From Candidatus Bathyarchaeia archaeon (GTDB taxonomy: Archaea > Thermoproteota > Bathyarchaeia > Bathyarchaeales > Bathycorpusculaceae), in contig JAVZLS010000001.1 of assembly GCA_038883715.1 (NCBI GenBank), forward strand, positions 74,430 through 138,429: 64,000 nt of DNA. The letters are read 5' to 3'. The notes under the pieces were generated by a model, which saw only the letters and a program-made list of their open reading frames with translations, ran no database searches and was not told the origin of the DNA. Positions 1-9,611 of this stretch are shown here, in pieces. Made by a program: the position numbers and the translations under genes. The number at the start of each line of letters is the position of its first letter. Positions within the stretch are counted from its first letter, which is position 1.

Positions 1-1
1 T

Positions 2-106
2 CATATATCAACAAGCGACATTGGTGTAACTATCGGCGTGGTTGTTTTCACCGCCAACGCCCAATATCACAAAGAAACAAACGTTGAAGCCGCCCCAACA
101 AGTTAA
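2..106 (+). CDS. 3' end of a gene truncated by the window edge; probable pilin-like protein of the downstream type IV pilus locus
   Basis: Open frame HISTSDIGVTIGVVVFTANAQYHKETNVEAAPTS* from base 2 to TAA 104-106, followed by a T-rich tract. Pilin identity is inferred from context only. Confidence 0.55.
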   Translation, partial: HISTSDIGVTIGVVVFTANAQYHKETNVEAAPTS

Positions 107-112
107 AAACCA

Positions 113-132
113 ATCTCTCTTTTTCTTTTTTT
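113..132 (+). terminator. Probable archaeal oligo-T terminator
   Basis: Pyrimidine/oligo-T tract (tctctctttttcttttttt) starting 7 nt after the TAA at 106. Confidence 0.5.
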
Positions 133-260
133 GGCTTATTGTTGCTATGAATTTTGCATTCTTATGTGTAGTTTTGTTCTACACACATTATCTTATCTTA
201 TAACAGCCTCCAAAGGTTTTTGATTGGCTAGCCGTTGGCAAGAGAGGAGACTGTTAAAAG

Positions 261-1088
261 TTGCGCATAATAGGCTTAGGAGGGCTAATTGGTTCGAGGA
301 AGGCTCTGGCTATTCCAGTCACCTACCTTATACTTTTTGCCTCGCTCATCGTCATAATATCCGCCACCTACGGCTTTGCCATAACCCGGATAAGCGCAAA
401 AACTGCCCAATTAAGAGTTTCAGTTGCGAAGCAGAACATGCAGGCTTTGGATGATGCTGTACGCTCTGTGGCTTGGTCTGCCGGCAGCTCAAAAACTATC
501 TACATGGAGGACTGCGGAGGCGCTTTTCGAATGCAGCCAGCAGCCAAAAGTCTCATTGTAAACTTGACGGATGGGCAGGCATTTTCCCGCTTGGTGTTTA
601 ATAGTTCTGTTGGTAAAGCCTTTTACATGCTTGAGGGCGTGGCTGAAAGCTACGAAGGTGCATATGTTAAGGGTGACAGTCGGGCAATGATAGATCAGAG
701 CGCCTTTACAGTTACGCAGCTTTACTTTGAAAGGGGCGAAAGCGCACAACAACTTGTCCTATGCTACAGGCCGATGACAACTGTTTTGACGGCTGGCACA
801 AGCAATGGAAAACCGCTTAACATCATACGTGTATACATAATAAGCCTAAGCTCTTCCCAGACTTTTTCGCTTTATGGAAGCTTCCACCTAAAGGTCTCAG
901 CATTGAACATCACTTCAACAGTTGAGCTTTTTACGTTCAACAGTTCGGTCTCTTCCCTTGCTTTGGAAGCCCTTTCAGAAGGCGTTAAAACAACTGTTTG
1001 GCTTCCAGTGGAAAGCACTAGTGAAGGCGCAGTTGTAAGCCTCGAAGTTGTCGTCTGCCACATACAGGTTAGGAGGGTTAACGCCTAA
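261..1088 (+). CDS. Pilin-like protein with putative class III signal peptide
   Basis: SRKA|LAIPVTYLILFASLIVII: basic residues, small residue, then a hydrophobic helix; upstream of the pilus ATPase. Confidence 0.6.
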   Translation: MRIIGLGGLIGSRKALAIPVTYLILFASLIVIISATYGFAITRISAKTAQLRVSVAKQNMQALDDAVRSVAWSAGSSKTIYMEDCGGAFRMQPAAKSLIVNLTDGQAFSRLVFNSSVGKAFYMLEGVAESYEGAYVKGDSRAMIDQSAFTVTQLYFERGESAQQLVLCYRPMTTVLTAGTSNGKPLNIIRVYIISLSSSQTFSLYGSFHLKVSALNITSTVELFTFNSSVSSLALEALSEGVKTTVWLPVESTSEGAVVSLEVVVCHIQVRRVNA

Positions 1089-1556
1089 ATGCCAGCTATA
1101 ACGCCTAGCTACTTATACACTTTCTTCGCCATAATCGCCGTGGGCAGTATCCTCCTAGTCTCCTTTATGGGCTATGCCAACGCCATACGCCTCTCATCGG
1201 AGATGGGCAAACTAAAGGATTTAGTGGATTTGGTTGCTGCCAAAGCTACAGAACTCATAAGCCTTGCCAAGGCGGCAAACACAACAGCCGAAGTCTTCAT
1301 CCAGGCGCCAGCAGCCATTGGCGATAGGCTGTACTGGCTCATGCTCGGAAACGATTCTTCAATGGTTTGGGTTGAAGGCGGATTGGGAAATACGCCAATA
1401 GCCGAGGCGGGAGTACGCGTTTATCTTCCAAGCACGGCTTTGGCTTATGGCTATTATGTTAGTGGTTATGGGGCAATCCTCCTAAAATGCTCTATGAATC
1501 AGGAAGCTGGAATCATCGAGGTTCAGCTTTCAAGCTCAAGCCAAAATGGAGGGTGA
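1089..1556 (+). CDS. Pilin-like/minor pilin protein
   Basis: N-terminal hydrophobic helix, then amphipathic helix and beta-rich C-terminus; ATG immediately follows the upstream stop. Confidence 0.55.
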   Translation: MPAITPSYLYTFFAIIAVGSILLVSFMGYANAIRLSSEMGKLKDLVDLVAAKATELISLAKAANTTAEVFIQAPAAIGDRLYWLMLGNDSSMVWVEGGLGNTPIAEAGVRVYLPSTALAYGYYVSGYGAILLKCSMNQEAGIIEVQLSSSSQNGG

Positions 1557-3162
1557 AAAAGGTTTGAAGTTTGCATTAAAACTTAAGAAGGGCGGGGCGG
1601 AGGCGGAATTTAAGGATTTAGTGGGTGAAGAAGCCGAACTAGCCGGTTTCATGGAAGCTCAGAAATGGAGTGTTCCTGAAGGCTATGTGGAAGTGGAATA
1701 CTACCCTTTAAAGCCTCCCTTCTCCTATGCAGCCATAATCCAAAACGAGGAGACACTAGAATACCTATACGTTTTAGACGAGCTGCCCTTGGCAAAGGAG
1801 GAGAGGGATGGCTACCATAGGCTTAGAAACATTTTGGAACTTGAACTTCAAGCCCCAGAAGGCGAGGAAACCCTGGCAGAGTCTTTTAGGCGGCAGATGC
1901 CAGAAATTCTCGCAAGACACCGCAAAGTCCATGAGGGAATATCCCCCATAGGCGTGAGGAAAATCCTCTACTACCTCGAGAGGGACATTGTTGGATATGG
2001 CAAAATAGACCCGCTAATGTATGACGATTATGTTGAGGATATTGGATGCAGCGGCGTCAACAAGCCCATATACCTTTGGCATAGGAAATATGAAAACATT
2101 AAAACAAATATTGTTTTTAGGGACGAGCAAGAACTCGAAGACTTTGTTATGCGGATGGTTCACAAGTCTGGAAAACACGTTAGCATAGCCTTCCCAATAG
2201 TGGACGTAACACTGCCTGAAAAACACCGCTTAGCCGTCTCCTTCGGCAAGGAAACAACGCCATACGGAACAGCCTTTACCATTCGAAAGTTTCGCAGAGA
2301 CCCCTTCACAATAATAGACCTTATTGAAAACGAGACCATAAACGAGAGCATAGCCGCCTACCTTTGGCTTTTAATGGAGAACAAAATGTCAGTCATGATC
2401 ATCGGGGCTACGGGTGCTGGAAAAACAACAGCCCTAAACGCCATCGCCTGCCTCATAAAACCCAGCTACAAAATAATCTCCGTTGAAGAAGTCGCAGAAA
2501 TAAACCTGCCCCACGAAAACTGGACTTCGACGATTGCGCGGTCCGGCTTCGGAGTGGAAAGCGAGGGCGAAATAACCCTTTACGACTTAATCAAGTCCGC
2601 GGTGCGCCACCGCCCAGACCTAATAATTGTAGGCGAAGTCCGCGGAGAAGAAGCCTATGTGCTCTTCCAAGCCTTAGCGACTGGACATGGCGGCTTGTGC
2701 ACGCTTCACGCTGAGGATGTTGACACCGCTATAAAGAGGCTTACCCAGCCGCCCATGAATATCCCAACATCGATAATTCCGCTTATGAACTGCGTAATCA
2801 CGGTTAAGCATGTCAGAACCCCTGTCTTCCTAGAGTCTGGGAGGAGGCTTTCAAGCCGGAAGTTCATCAGCGTCACGGAAATAAAAGACTACAATAGTTA
2901 TCAGGAGGTTTTCAACTGGAACCCTTCCACAGATACTTTTAGGGAAAATTTGACTGAAAGCTACCTGCTCAAGAAAATGGCTGCAAGCCTAGACATTCCA
3001 GTTGAAAGGCTTATTGACGAATTGGAATATCGCAAGCGGGTTCTAGCGCACATGGTGGAGCACGGCATCCGCGACTACAGAAGCGTAAACAAAGTCTTAA
3101 GCAAATACTACAACAACCCAGAGCTTTTCCAGAGGGAATTTCTGGGGAAAGGCGGGTGGTAA
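1546..3162 (+). CDS. Type II/IV secretion system (pilus assembly) ATPase, VirB11/FlaI family
   Basis: Walker A GATGAGKT, SVEEVAEI Asp box, RHRPDLIIVGEVRGEE Walker B region, TGHGGLCTLHA His box. True start may be TTG 1564 after a GGTGA RBS. Confidence 0.93.
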   Translation: MEGEKGLKFALKLKKGGAEAEFKDLVGEEAELAGFMEAQKWSVPEGYVEVEYYPLKPPFSYAAIIQNEETLEYLYVLDELPLAKEERDGYHRLRNILELELQAPEGEETLAESFRRQMPEILARHRKVHEGISPIGVRKILYYLERDIVGYGKIDPLMYDDYVEDIGCSGVNKPIYLWHRKYENIKTNIVFRDEQELEDFVMRMVHKSGKHVSIAFPIVDVTLPEKHRLAVSFGKETTPYGTAFTIRKFRRDPFTIIDLIENETINESIAAYLWLLMENKMSVMIIGATGAGKTTALNAIACLIKPSYKIISVEEVAEINLPHENWTSTIARSGFGVESEGEITLYDLIKSAVRHRPDLIIVGEVRGEEAYVLFQALATGHGGLCTLHAEDVDTAIKRLTQPPMNIPTSIIPLMNCVITVKHVRTPVFLESGRRLSSRKFISVTEIKDYNSYQEVFNWNPSTDTFRENLTESYLLKKMAASLDIPVERLIDELEYRKRVLAHMVEHGIRDYRSVNKVLSKYYNNPELFQREFLGKGGW

Positions 3163-3165
3163 AAG

Positions 3166-4665
3166 TTGCAAGTTCAAATCGGCAAGCCTAAAATTTTTGG
3201 GCGAATGCTGAGCCGCTTCGTAGAAGAGGATACAAGCGAAATAAACCGTGAGCTTCCTTTTGCCGCCTTGCTCTTTACAATATTGGCTGCCAGCGAGGTA
3301 ACCCTATACGAGAGTTGGAAAAAACTCTACGCCATAGAGCAACTGCCCCAATTTAGGAAAGAGGCAAGGGAGGTCGTCAGACAAGTTGAGGTTTTGGGAT
3401 ATGACCCATTAACTGTTATGCAGAAGCGGGCTGAAAAAACAAAGTCTAAAAATTACCGTGAATTCCTATTGGGCTATGTTTCAGCCATCAGAAGCGGCGG
3501 GAACATCATAAACTTTCTTAAAAGCAAGCTTCGATCAATATTTGATGTTCAAAGCTCCGCCGCCATCCGTTCGATAGAGAGACTTGGCACCCTTGTGGAA
3601 GCCTACGCCGTCATGTTAATCGTAACCCTATGCTCTTACATACTCTTCATAGTTTTCTCGACAACATCAATATTTGAGCCGACGAGGATTACTGGAACCC
3701 CAAGCATATCCACAGACGTTGTCTGCCTCCTAATATTTCTTTTAACCCCGATGATTTCGCTGGTTTTCATGATAATCGCCCACATAGAAAGGAAAAGTAA
3801 CCTTATTGGGCTTAGGACTCCATACAAAGTTGCAGCCATAGCCATAGTCGCCGCCAGCGCCTTTATAGCATCCATCTTCATGCTCCCCCAACTTCAATTC
3901 CTCAGAAGCCCCCAAATTCTGCCCCTTGTATTAACAGTATGCTTGCTTACGGTTTCAATTCCTCCAGCGATAATCTACATGGAAATTGCCAGAATAAACA
4001 ATGCTGCTGAAAACGCCATGCCAAGCTTCCTAAGAGACGTCACAGAAGCCAGAAAAACAGGACTTTCGCCAGAGAAAAGCATAGTTCACGCTACGAAGCG
4101 CCCGGGCTATGGAAAATTCTCCGAGGTTCTGAGGCTTGTAAGAAGCCAGATAGAGTGGGGTGTACCCCTAAGAAAGATATTTGCGAGCATAAAAAGGAAG
4201 CTTCAGACGTGGCCTGTTTTGGTGAACTTCCTCATACTTGTCGAGACCATTAAAATGGGCGGGGGCTCAAGTGTAGCCCTAGAAATTTTGACGGAGTACA
4301 GCGAAAAGCAGAAGGATGTTGAAACCAACAAGAAGTCCTTGCTTAGGCCTTATGTTATTTTGGCTTTCATATGGAGCGTTCTCATAGCCCTAACCACAAC
4401 AATGGTTGCCTTAACAGTTTACACTTTGACGAGGCTTTCGCTTCCCGGCGCCACGCCGGTGTCCTTTATTGCTATGCAGGAGCAGATGAACCTCTTTTCT
4501 TTGGGTATATTGGTGCAGTGTTGGCTTTCAGGCTTCTTTGTGGGCAAGGTTAGTGAAGGAACTTTTGCTGCTGGTTTCAAGTATTCAGCCATGCTTGTCT
4601 TGACGGCACACATTTCGCTGGCACTCTCACAGAGCTTGTTAGGTGGAATGTTTGGGCTTGTTTAA
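3166..4665 (+). CDS. Type II secretion system F / TadC (FlaJ-like) membrane platform protein with two T2SSF domains
   Basis: Two repeated cytoplasmic domains (ELPFAALLF...SGG; AMPSFLRDVTEARKTG...GG), each followed by TM helices; adjacent to the ATPase. Confidence 0.88.
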   Translation: MQVQIGKPKIFGRMLSRFVEEDTSEINRELPFAALLFTILAASEVTLYESWKKLYAIEQLPQFRKEAREVVRQVEVLGYDPLTVMQKRAEKTKSKNYREFLLGYVSAIRSGGNIINFLKSKLRSIFDVQSSAAIRSIERLGTLVEAYAVMLIVTLCSYILFIVFSTTSIFEPTRITGTPSISTDVVCLLIFLLTPMISLVFMIIAHIERKSNLIGLRTPYKVAAIAIVAASAFIASIFMLPQLQFLRSPQILPLVLTVCLLTVSIPPAIIYMEIARINNAAENAMPSFLRDVTEARKTGLSPEKSIVHATKRPGYGKFSEVLRLVRSQIEWGVPLRKIFASIKRKLQTWPVLVNFLILVETIKMGGGSSVALEILTEYSEKQKDVETNKKSLLRPYVILAFIWSVLIALTTTMVALTVYTLTRLSLPGATPVSFIAMQEQMNLFSLGILVQCWLSGFFVGKVSEGTFAAGFKYSAMLVLTAHISLALSQSLLGGMFGLV

Positions 4666-4689
4666 TAAAGCCTCTAAAAGGTGAAAGCC

Positions 4690-5757
4690 GTGCCGGCAAT
4701 ATCCATAGACACTTTTTTCGCGTGTTCCCTAATGGTTTTGCTTGTGCTATCGGCTATGACTGCCACCGCTAGCCTCCTTTACCAGCCTATAAGCGGCTCC
4801 TTTGGAGACGAAGCCTCTACAAGATATGGAGAAATCGCCAAATACATACTGCTGAACACTGGAAAGCCAGCAGATTGGGGGAAAAGTAGCCAAACAGTTC
4901 CAGAGGAGTTTGGCTTGGCAGACGCTGAAGCGGCACATCCCTACACGCTTGACGTGGACAAAGTTTCTAGGCTGAACGGCGAAAGTCTTCACGCTTTAAG
5001 TTATGCCCAAATATACACAAGTTTAAAAATTCCAGATGTAGTCTTCAGAATCGAGATAATACCATTATTTGAAACATTTGTAAATCTCATCGCAAACTAT
5101 GAAAGTGAAGGCGAAGCAATCTACGAGTTTGAAGTTAAAACCGTGAGAAGCGGCGTCAACGTGCCAACAGAATTAAGACTCTATGTCATCGCTGAAAGTC
5201 TTTTGCAAGACTTGGGTATTTACAGTTCTGGTGGTGAAATCCGCTTAAATGTAACAATCCCAAACAGCATCGATGGACCAGCACTGCTTGTTGTTTTAGC
5301 AAAATCCCAGTGCGACGCAAAAATTGTTTCCTTCGCTGTTTACGCTTTTGCCCACAACTCCCAAAATCCAGTGTCAAAGGGTAGTTTTTTGAGGCTTTCC
5401 CCGTTAAACCACACACTAACTGTTGTGCTTAATAATCCAAACATAGTTTTGCTGGACGTTTATGCTTTAACCTTCAGCTACTCCTTAACTTTAGAGAAAA
5501 CGACAAGTCAAAACCAGTCTGTCACATTCAACATTCCAAAAATTTTGGACGCAAGTCCAATAGTGCTAGTTGCCAATGGACGGAATTCCACACAGTTCTT
5601 TGTAGAGTGGACTGTTTACCCGCAGATACCGGTGGCGATTGGCATAAGCCCAGCAGAATCCACAAGCCTAGCAGATGTTTACGCTTACACATACTTGGTC
5701 ACCATAAACTCCGCGTTGTATAAGTGCACGGTTTGGCTTGGAGGACCAAAACAGTGA
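4690..5757 (+). CDS. Pilus-associated membrane-anchored protein
   Basis: N-terminal hydrophobic helix; LLNTGKPADWG...FGLA motif recalled from archaeal pilus accessory proteins; GGTGA at 4680-4684 favours GTG 4690 as start. Confidence 0.6.
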   Translation: MPAISIDTFFACSLMVLLVLSAMTATASLLYQPISGSFGDEASTRYGEIAKYILLNTGKPADWGKSSQTVPEEFGLADAEAAHPYTLDVDKVSRLNGESLHALSYAQIYTSLKIPDVVFRIEIIPLFETFVNLIANYESEGEAIYEFEVKTVRSGVNVPTELRLYVIAESLLQDLGIYSSGGEIRLNVTIPNSIDGPALLVVLAKSQCDAKIVSFAVYAFAHNSQNPVSKGSFLRLSPLNHTLTVVLNNPNIVLLDVYALTFSYSLTLEKTTSQNQSVTFNIPKILDASPIVLVANGRNSTQFFVEWTVYPQIPVAIGISPAESTSLADVYAYTYLVTINSALYKCTVWLGGPKQ

Positions 5758-6176
5758 AAAACCAGGAGAAGGGGCAAATCAGGATAATTGAGGCTTTTCT
5801 AGCCGTATTAATAGTCTTCTCTTCATTGGCTATTTCTGCAAGCCTAACAACAGAGCATAAAACCGCAGAATCCAGAGACTTGACATCTGTTGGAATGCAA
5901 GCCCTAATAAAACTTGATTCTGATGGAAGCTTAGACGTCTACATAGATTCCGGAGACTGGTTTGGACTGCGGGAAGCGTTAAGTCTTCTCCTTCCAGAGG
6001 GCGTGTCCTTCAACTTAACCGTCTATGACGAGGGAATGCGGCAAATAAACACTGAAGCCATAACAAATGGAAACATCAACGGCCAAGAAGTAGCCTCAAT
6101 AAAATATGTTTGCGTAAGCCGAAACCCCAACTTCAAGTATTATGTGATTTATCTGCAGTTGGCTGTGGTTAAATGA
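5754..6176 (+). CDS. Pilin-like protein with class III signal peptide
   Basis: GTG 5754 overlaps the upstream stop (GTGA) and follows GGAGG; N-terminus KNQEKG|QIRIIEAFLAVLIVF. Confidence 0.7.
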   Translation: MKNQEKGQIRIIEAFLAVLIVFSSLAISASLTTEHKTAESRDLTSVGMQALIKLDSDGSLDVYIDSGDWFGLREALSLLLPEGVSFNLTVYDEGMRQINTEAITNGNINGQEVASIKYVCVSRNPNFKYYVIYLQLAVVK

Positions 6177-6949
6177 AAAGGCTTGGAAGACTTGTGAAAG
6201 CAAAAAGTTCCGGTCAGCTTCTGATAGTGGCAGCCCTAGCAATAGCCATACTCATATCCACAACAACAGCCTACGTTTACGAGGTTAGCAGACAAAAGCC
6301 ATCAGTCTCTCAAAGCTTTCCATTGGCTGATTTCGTTTTAGCTATAAAGCAAGGCTCAAGAAACGCCATAATAAGCGCACTAGCCAACATCACAAACGGG
6401 GGAGAAAAAGCAGTTTTGGCTTCAAATCTTAATGGTTTATCTCAAGCCTACAGAAGCCTAAACGCTTATGGGCTTTATTACCTATCCCACTCGGTTTTAA
6501 ATGATTCGCGTTATGTGGACGGCTTTCGGCTTTCGTGGGAAGAACCAAGCGGGTTGGGCATATCAAGCGCCTACGCAAACTTCACATTGGAATTTTATGG
6601 CTTAACGGAGAAAATCACGCTAAGCTACGCCATAAACATAACAACAACGATAAGGCTGAAAGGCTATTGTACATTAAATGCTTCTGAAAAAGTCGTCAGC
6701 TTAACATGCCAAGTCTTCAACGAGGAGAAGCCAGCACTGGCCAAAAATATAACGGTCTATTATGAGCTGGACGGAATTTGGGTTCCAACCAACTCGTCAA
6801 ATAACCTCTCCATAATAGATTATGGTAATGGAACCTATGCCATATCCTTCACGGTTAGCACAGATTCAGATGATGTGCGGGTTTCGGTGCACGTCTATGA
6901 TTTGCGAGGCATATTTGTTAAGGCAAACTTGACATGTGACAAAGCCTAA
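6173..6949 (+). CDS. Pilin-like protein with class III signal peptide
   Basis: MKRLGRLVKAKSSG|QLLIVAALAIAILI; ATGA overlap with the upstream gene; many N-x-S/T sequons. Confidence 0.68.
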   Translation: MKRLGRLVKAKSSGQLLIVAALAIAILISTTTAYVYEVSRQKPSVSQSFPLADFVLAIKQGSRNAIISALANITNGGEKAVLASNLNGLSQAYRSLNAYGLYYLSHSVLNDSRYVDGFRLSWEEPSGLGISSAYANFTLEFYGLTEKITLSYAINITTTIRLKGYCTLNASEKVVSLTCQVFNEEKPALAKNITVYYELDGIWVPTNSSNNLSIIDYGNGTYAISFTVSTDSDDVRVSVHVYDLRGIFVKANLTCDKA

Positions 6950-6985
6950 AGATGATTTTCGGCTGAATTTTCGTGTTCCTTAAAT

Positions 6986-7726
6986 ATGGATTATACCACT
7001 TCTAAATTGAAAAATGAACAGAAGGCTTGTGCTGAGATGAGCGAGGCAAAGGCTTGGCGTCACGTTTTTACGCTTTTAAAGTTGGCGGAGCTTGGGGCCC
7101 ACAGAAGAACGGCGAAAATTTCAACAGAATACCTTGCGCGGAAGCTCGGCGTTTCCCAGCAGTCTGCGTCCCGCCACTTAATAGAGCTCGAACATAAGGG
7201 CTGGATTAAAAGGACGATGACACCGGAAGGATGCCTAATAAAAATGACGGAGTCTGGCTTAGCAGAGCTTAAGAGGCTTTACTCGAGCTTACGCTTTCTA
7301 ATGGAAGCCACATATCCGCCGTCAATAACCCTTGAAGGCGTAGTCTTCACTGGATTAGGCGAAGGCGCCTACTATGTGACAAGAGACCCGTACAGAAGGC
7401 AGTTCATTGAAAAGCTAGGCTTTGACCCCTATCCTGGGACGTTGAACCTAAAACTTGTAACGGACTACGACGTTAAAACCCGCTCAGAGCTTGAGGCTTA
7501 CCCAGCAATAGAGATTGAGGGGTTCAGAAACGAGAACCGCACCTTTGGACCGGTGAAGTGTTACCCGGCAATAATAGAGAACAAGGTGAAGGGCGCCTTT
7601 GTATCAGCCTTAAGGAGCCACTATGACGCGTCAGTTATAGAGCTTATAGCACCTATATGCCTAAGAAAGCATTTAGCCCTAAAAGATGGCCACAAGGTGA
7701 AGGTGGAAGTTTTAACCCTTCCATAA
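6986..7726 (+). CDS. ribK: CTP-dependent riboflavin kinase with N-terminal winged HTH (RbkR-type)
   Basis: HTH (LARKLGVSQQSASRHLIELE) plus GLGEGAYY, FDPYPGTLNL and ELIAP...LKDG motifs. Start may be ATG 7037. Confidence 0.95.
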   Translation: MDYTTSKLKNEQKACAEMSEAKAWRHVFTLLKLAELGAHRRTAKISTEYLARKLGVSQQSASRHLIELEHKGWIKRTMTPEGCLIKMTESGLAELKRLYSSLRFLMEATYPPSITLEGVVFTGLGEGAYYVTRDPYRRQFIEKLGFDPYPGTLNLKLVTDYDVKTRSELEAYPAIEIEGFRNENRTFGPVKCYPAIIENKVKGAFVSALRSHYDASVIELIAPICLRKHLALKDGHKVKVEVLTLP

Positions 7727-7735
7727 AATTTTACG

Positions 7736-8224
7736 CTATTCGCCTCGCCTTCTATAATGCTCTATAATTTTCTGCTTAATCTTCGAAGAGCTGTCCAGCT
7801 CATCCTCGCCAAACTTGCCAATCCTAACAACCTTAATTTTGAGCCCCTTCTCCCTCACATAATCCTTAACTGCCTTCTCCATCCCATCCTGGTCGTGGCC
7901 GACTGCAATAACGTCTGGCTTAATCTTTTCAATAACCTTGCCTATGTTAAAGTCTTCATAGCCCAAAATGGCTTCATCCACAACCTTCAAAGACTCTACA
8001 AGTGCACGCCGCTGGTTTTCAGGTATAACCGGCTTTGAGCCCTTACGTTTTTCAACCGTGCTGTCCCTAGCCACAATGACAATTAGCTCGGCTTTTTTCC
8101 CGCCAGCTTTTTTGGCTTCCTCCAGATAACGCACATGCCCAAGATGAAGGAGGTCGAAAACTCCTGAAGCCAAAACTACCTTCCGCTTTCTTTTCCGCTC
8201 TTTTCCTTTTTCCTCTTTGGCCAT
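7736..8224 (-). CDS. ribL: Archaeal FAD synthase (cytidylyltransferase family)
   Basis: GVFDLLHLGH HxGH motif, VARD, PDVIAVGHDQ, SSSKIK; convergent with ribK. Confidence 0.9.
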   Translation of the reverse strand: MAKEEKGKERKRKRKVVLASGVFDLLHLGHVRYLEEAKKAGGKKAELIVIVARDSTVEKRKGSKPVIPENQRRALVESLKVVDEAILGYEDFNIGKVIEKIKPDVIAVGHDQDGMEKAVKDYVREKGLKIKVVRIGKFGEDELDSSSKIKQKIIEHYRRRGE

Positions 8225-8475
8225 TCAAACTTCACCATTCCCAACATTTTTAAGGAGTCAAGCAGTCCCTCACAGTACGCTACAGAAGCGAGGCTGACTT
8301 CTAGTTTTCCCTCATCCCTATAATACTTTGCATCTTGCAGATAGGCTTTTGCAAGCTCCAAAACCTGCTTAACCTTATCCGTGGAAAAATCGGCATAACC
8401 ATCCACAACTGTTATCTCATCAAAAACATGGTCTGTGGAAGCGATGTATTTTGCAACAAGTTCTTCTAGGCTCAT
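8176..8475 (-). CDS. DUF357 domain protein
   Basis: AKAYLQDAKYY...ASVAYCEGLLD motif; usual neighbour of dph5. Confidence 0.85.
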   Translation of the reverse strand: MSLEELVAKYIASTDHVFDEITVVDGYADFSTDKVKQVLELAKAYLQDAKYYRDEGKLEVSLASVAYCEGLLDSLKMLGMVKFEWPKRKKEKSGKESGR

Positions 8476-9269
8476 TCCACCAACTCCAAAACGCTTGAAG
8501 GAGCATCAGCGAGCACTATTAAGGCTTCAGCTTCCATGAAATGAAGTTTTCCGGGAAAAATGAGGCTGTAGGGTGGACCGCCAAAATCATAATGCAAAAG
8601 CTCATCGACAGAGTTAGCCTTAACAGTCGGGTTTGGGCTTCCAGCCCTAGCCACCCCAACAACAAGCGTCCCGCCAGTCACAATGCCCATTCTCTGCTTT
8701 TCCTCCACTTTTAAAAGGGTTTCAAGGGCTTCCCTAACACTCAAGTGGCGATTCTTTTCCATATCTATGTCTAATAGGCAGAGCGTGTGAAGCCCAAGCC
8801 CTTTGTTTTGGGCAACCACCATGTAAGGGGTTTCTGAAAAGTTTTCGGGAAATGAGATGGTCACACTCTTACCGAACTTGTAATTGTGCAAGCCTGACAA
8901 GCCTATAGCAGCAGAAATTATAGATGCCCCGTGAATAACACGGGTTTTTATTCCACGCTTTTCAGCCGCAATCCTTAGGGCTACATGCGTAGTGGCAATG
9001 AAAGGGTCTCCTGGAACCATCAAAACTGCTTTCCCGCGCTCAGCAGCCTTCAATACGACCTCGCCATTCTCCTCCTCTAGCTCCCTTCGAGAAACAACCA
9101 TTAAATTCTTACCAGTCAAACCTTCAAAACGTTCTAAAGAAAAGTCAGGCAACAAGCTAGTGTAAAGTTCGATAAAGACGCTGTCAGCGCTCTTAACCTC
9201 CTTTAAACCTTTGAGGCTCATGCTCTCTTCATCATGCAAACCAACACCAACAAATACAAGCTCGCCCAA
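8472..9269 (-). CDS. dph5: Diphthine synthase
   Basis: VGVGL, ELYTS, GDPFIATTH, YKFGKSVT, HTLCLLDI, FGGPPYSLI..GKLHFME motifs. Confidence 0.97.
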   Translation of the reverse strand: MGELVFVGVGLHDEESMSLKGLKEVKSADSVFIELYTSLLPDFSLERFEGLTGKNLMVVSRRELEEENGEVVLKAAERGKAVLMVPGDPFIATTHVALRIAAEKRGIKTRVIHGASIISAAIGLSGLHNYKFGKSVTISFPENFSETPYMVVAQNKGLGLHTLCLLDIDMEKNRHLSVREALETLLKVEEKQRMGIVTGGTLVVGVARAGSPNPTVKANSVDELLHYDFGGPPYSLIFPGKLHFMEAEALIVLADAPSSVLELVE

Positions 9270-9306
9270 AGTTTAAACCCTCGGCAAGCAAACCTTTAAA
9301 GCTAAA

Positions 9307-9314
9307 TTTATAAA
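9307..9314 (+). promoter_or_regulatory. TATA box of the tRNA gene (divergent dph5/tRNA intergenic region)
   Basis: TTTATAAA about 45 nt upstream of the tRNA 5' end. Confidence 0.55.
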
Positions 9315-9358
9315 AGCGTTATCAAATCCATATCACACGATAAATACGGACGTAAAAG

Positions 9359-9463
9359 GGGCCCGTAGCTCAGTAAGGTAGAGCGGCGGACCAAACCGCT
9401 GCGCGGGGTGGGTTGAGGCTCTTAACCCGTAGGTCCCGGGTTCAATTCCCGGCGGGCCCGCCA
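9359..9463 (+). tRNA. tRNA-Lys (anticodon CTT) with a 28-nt intron at non-canonical position 30/31 (9390-9417); CCA encoded
   Basis: Acceptor stem GGGCCCG/CGGGCCC, D-stem GCTC/GAGC, anticodon loop CT-CTT-AA at 9419-9425, T-arm CCGGG-TTCAATT-CCCGG, CCA at 9461-9463. Removing the intron restores the GCGGG/CCCGT stem, and a BHB motif can be drawn. Confidence 0.93.
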
Positions 9464-9611
9464 AAATTTCTAGCCAGAATTAAGATTTTCAGTTCAGATT
9501 GTTGCTTGGCAAAATTTTTGGCAGCGCTCCATAAATTGACTATAAAGTGCGGCACTAATGTTGGCTGCTTGAAGAGCCTTCCTACACCTAAAAATTCAGA
9601 TTGGTGATGGC

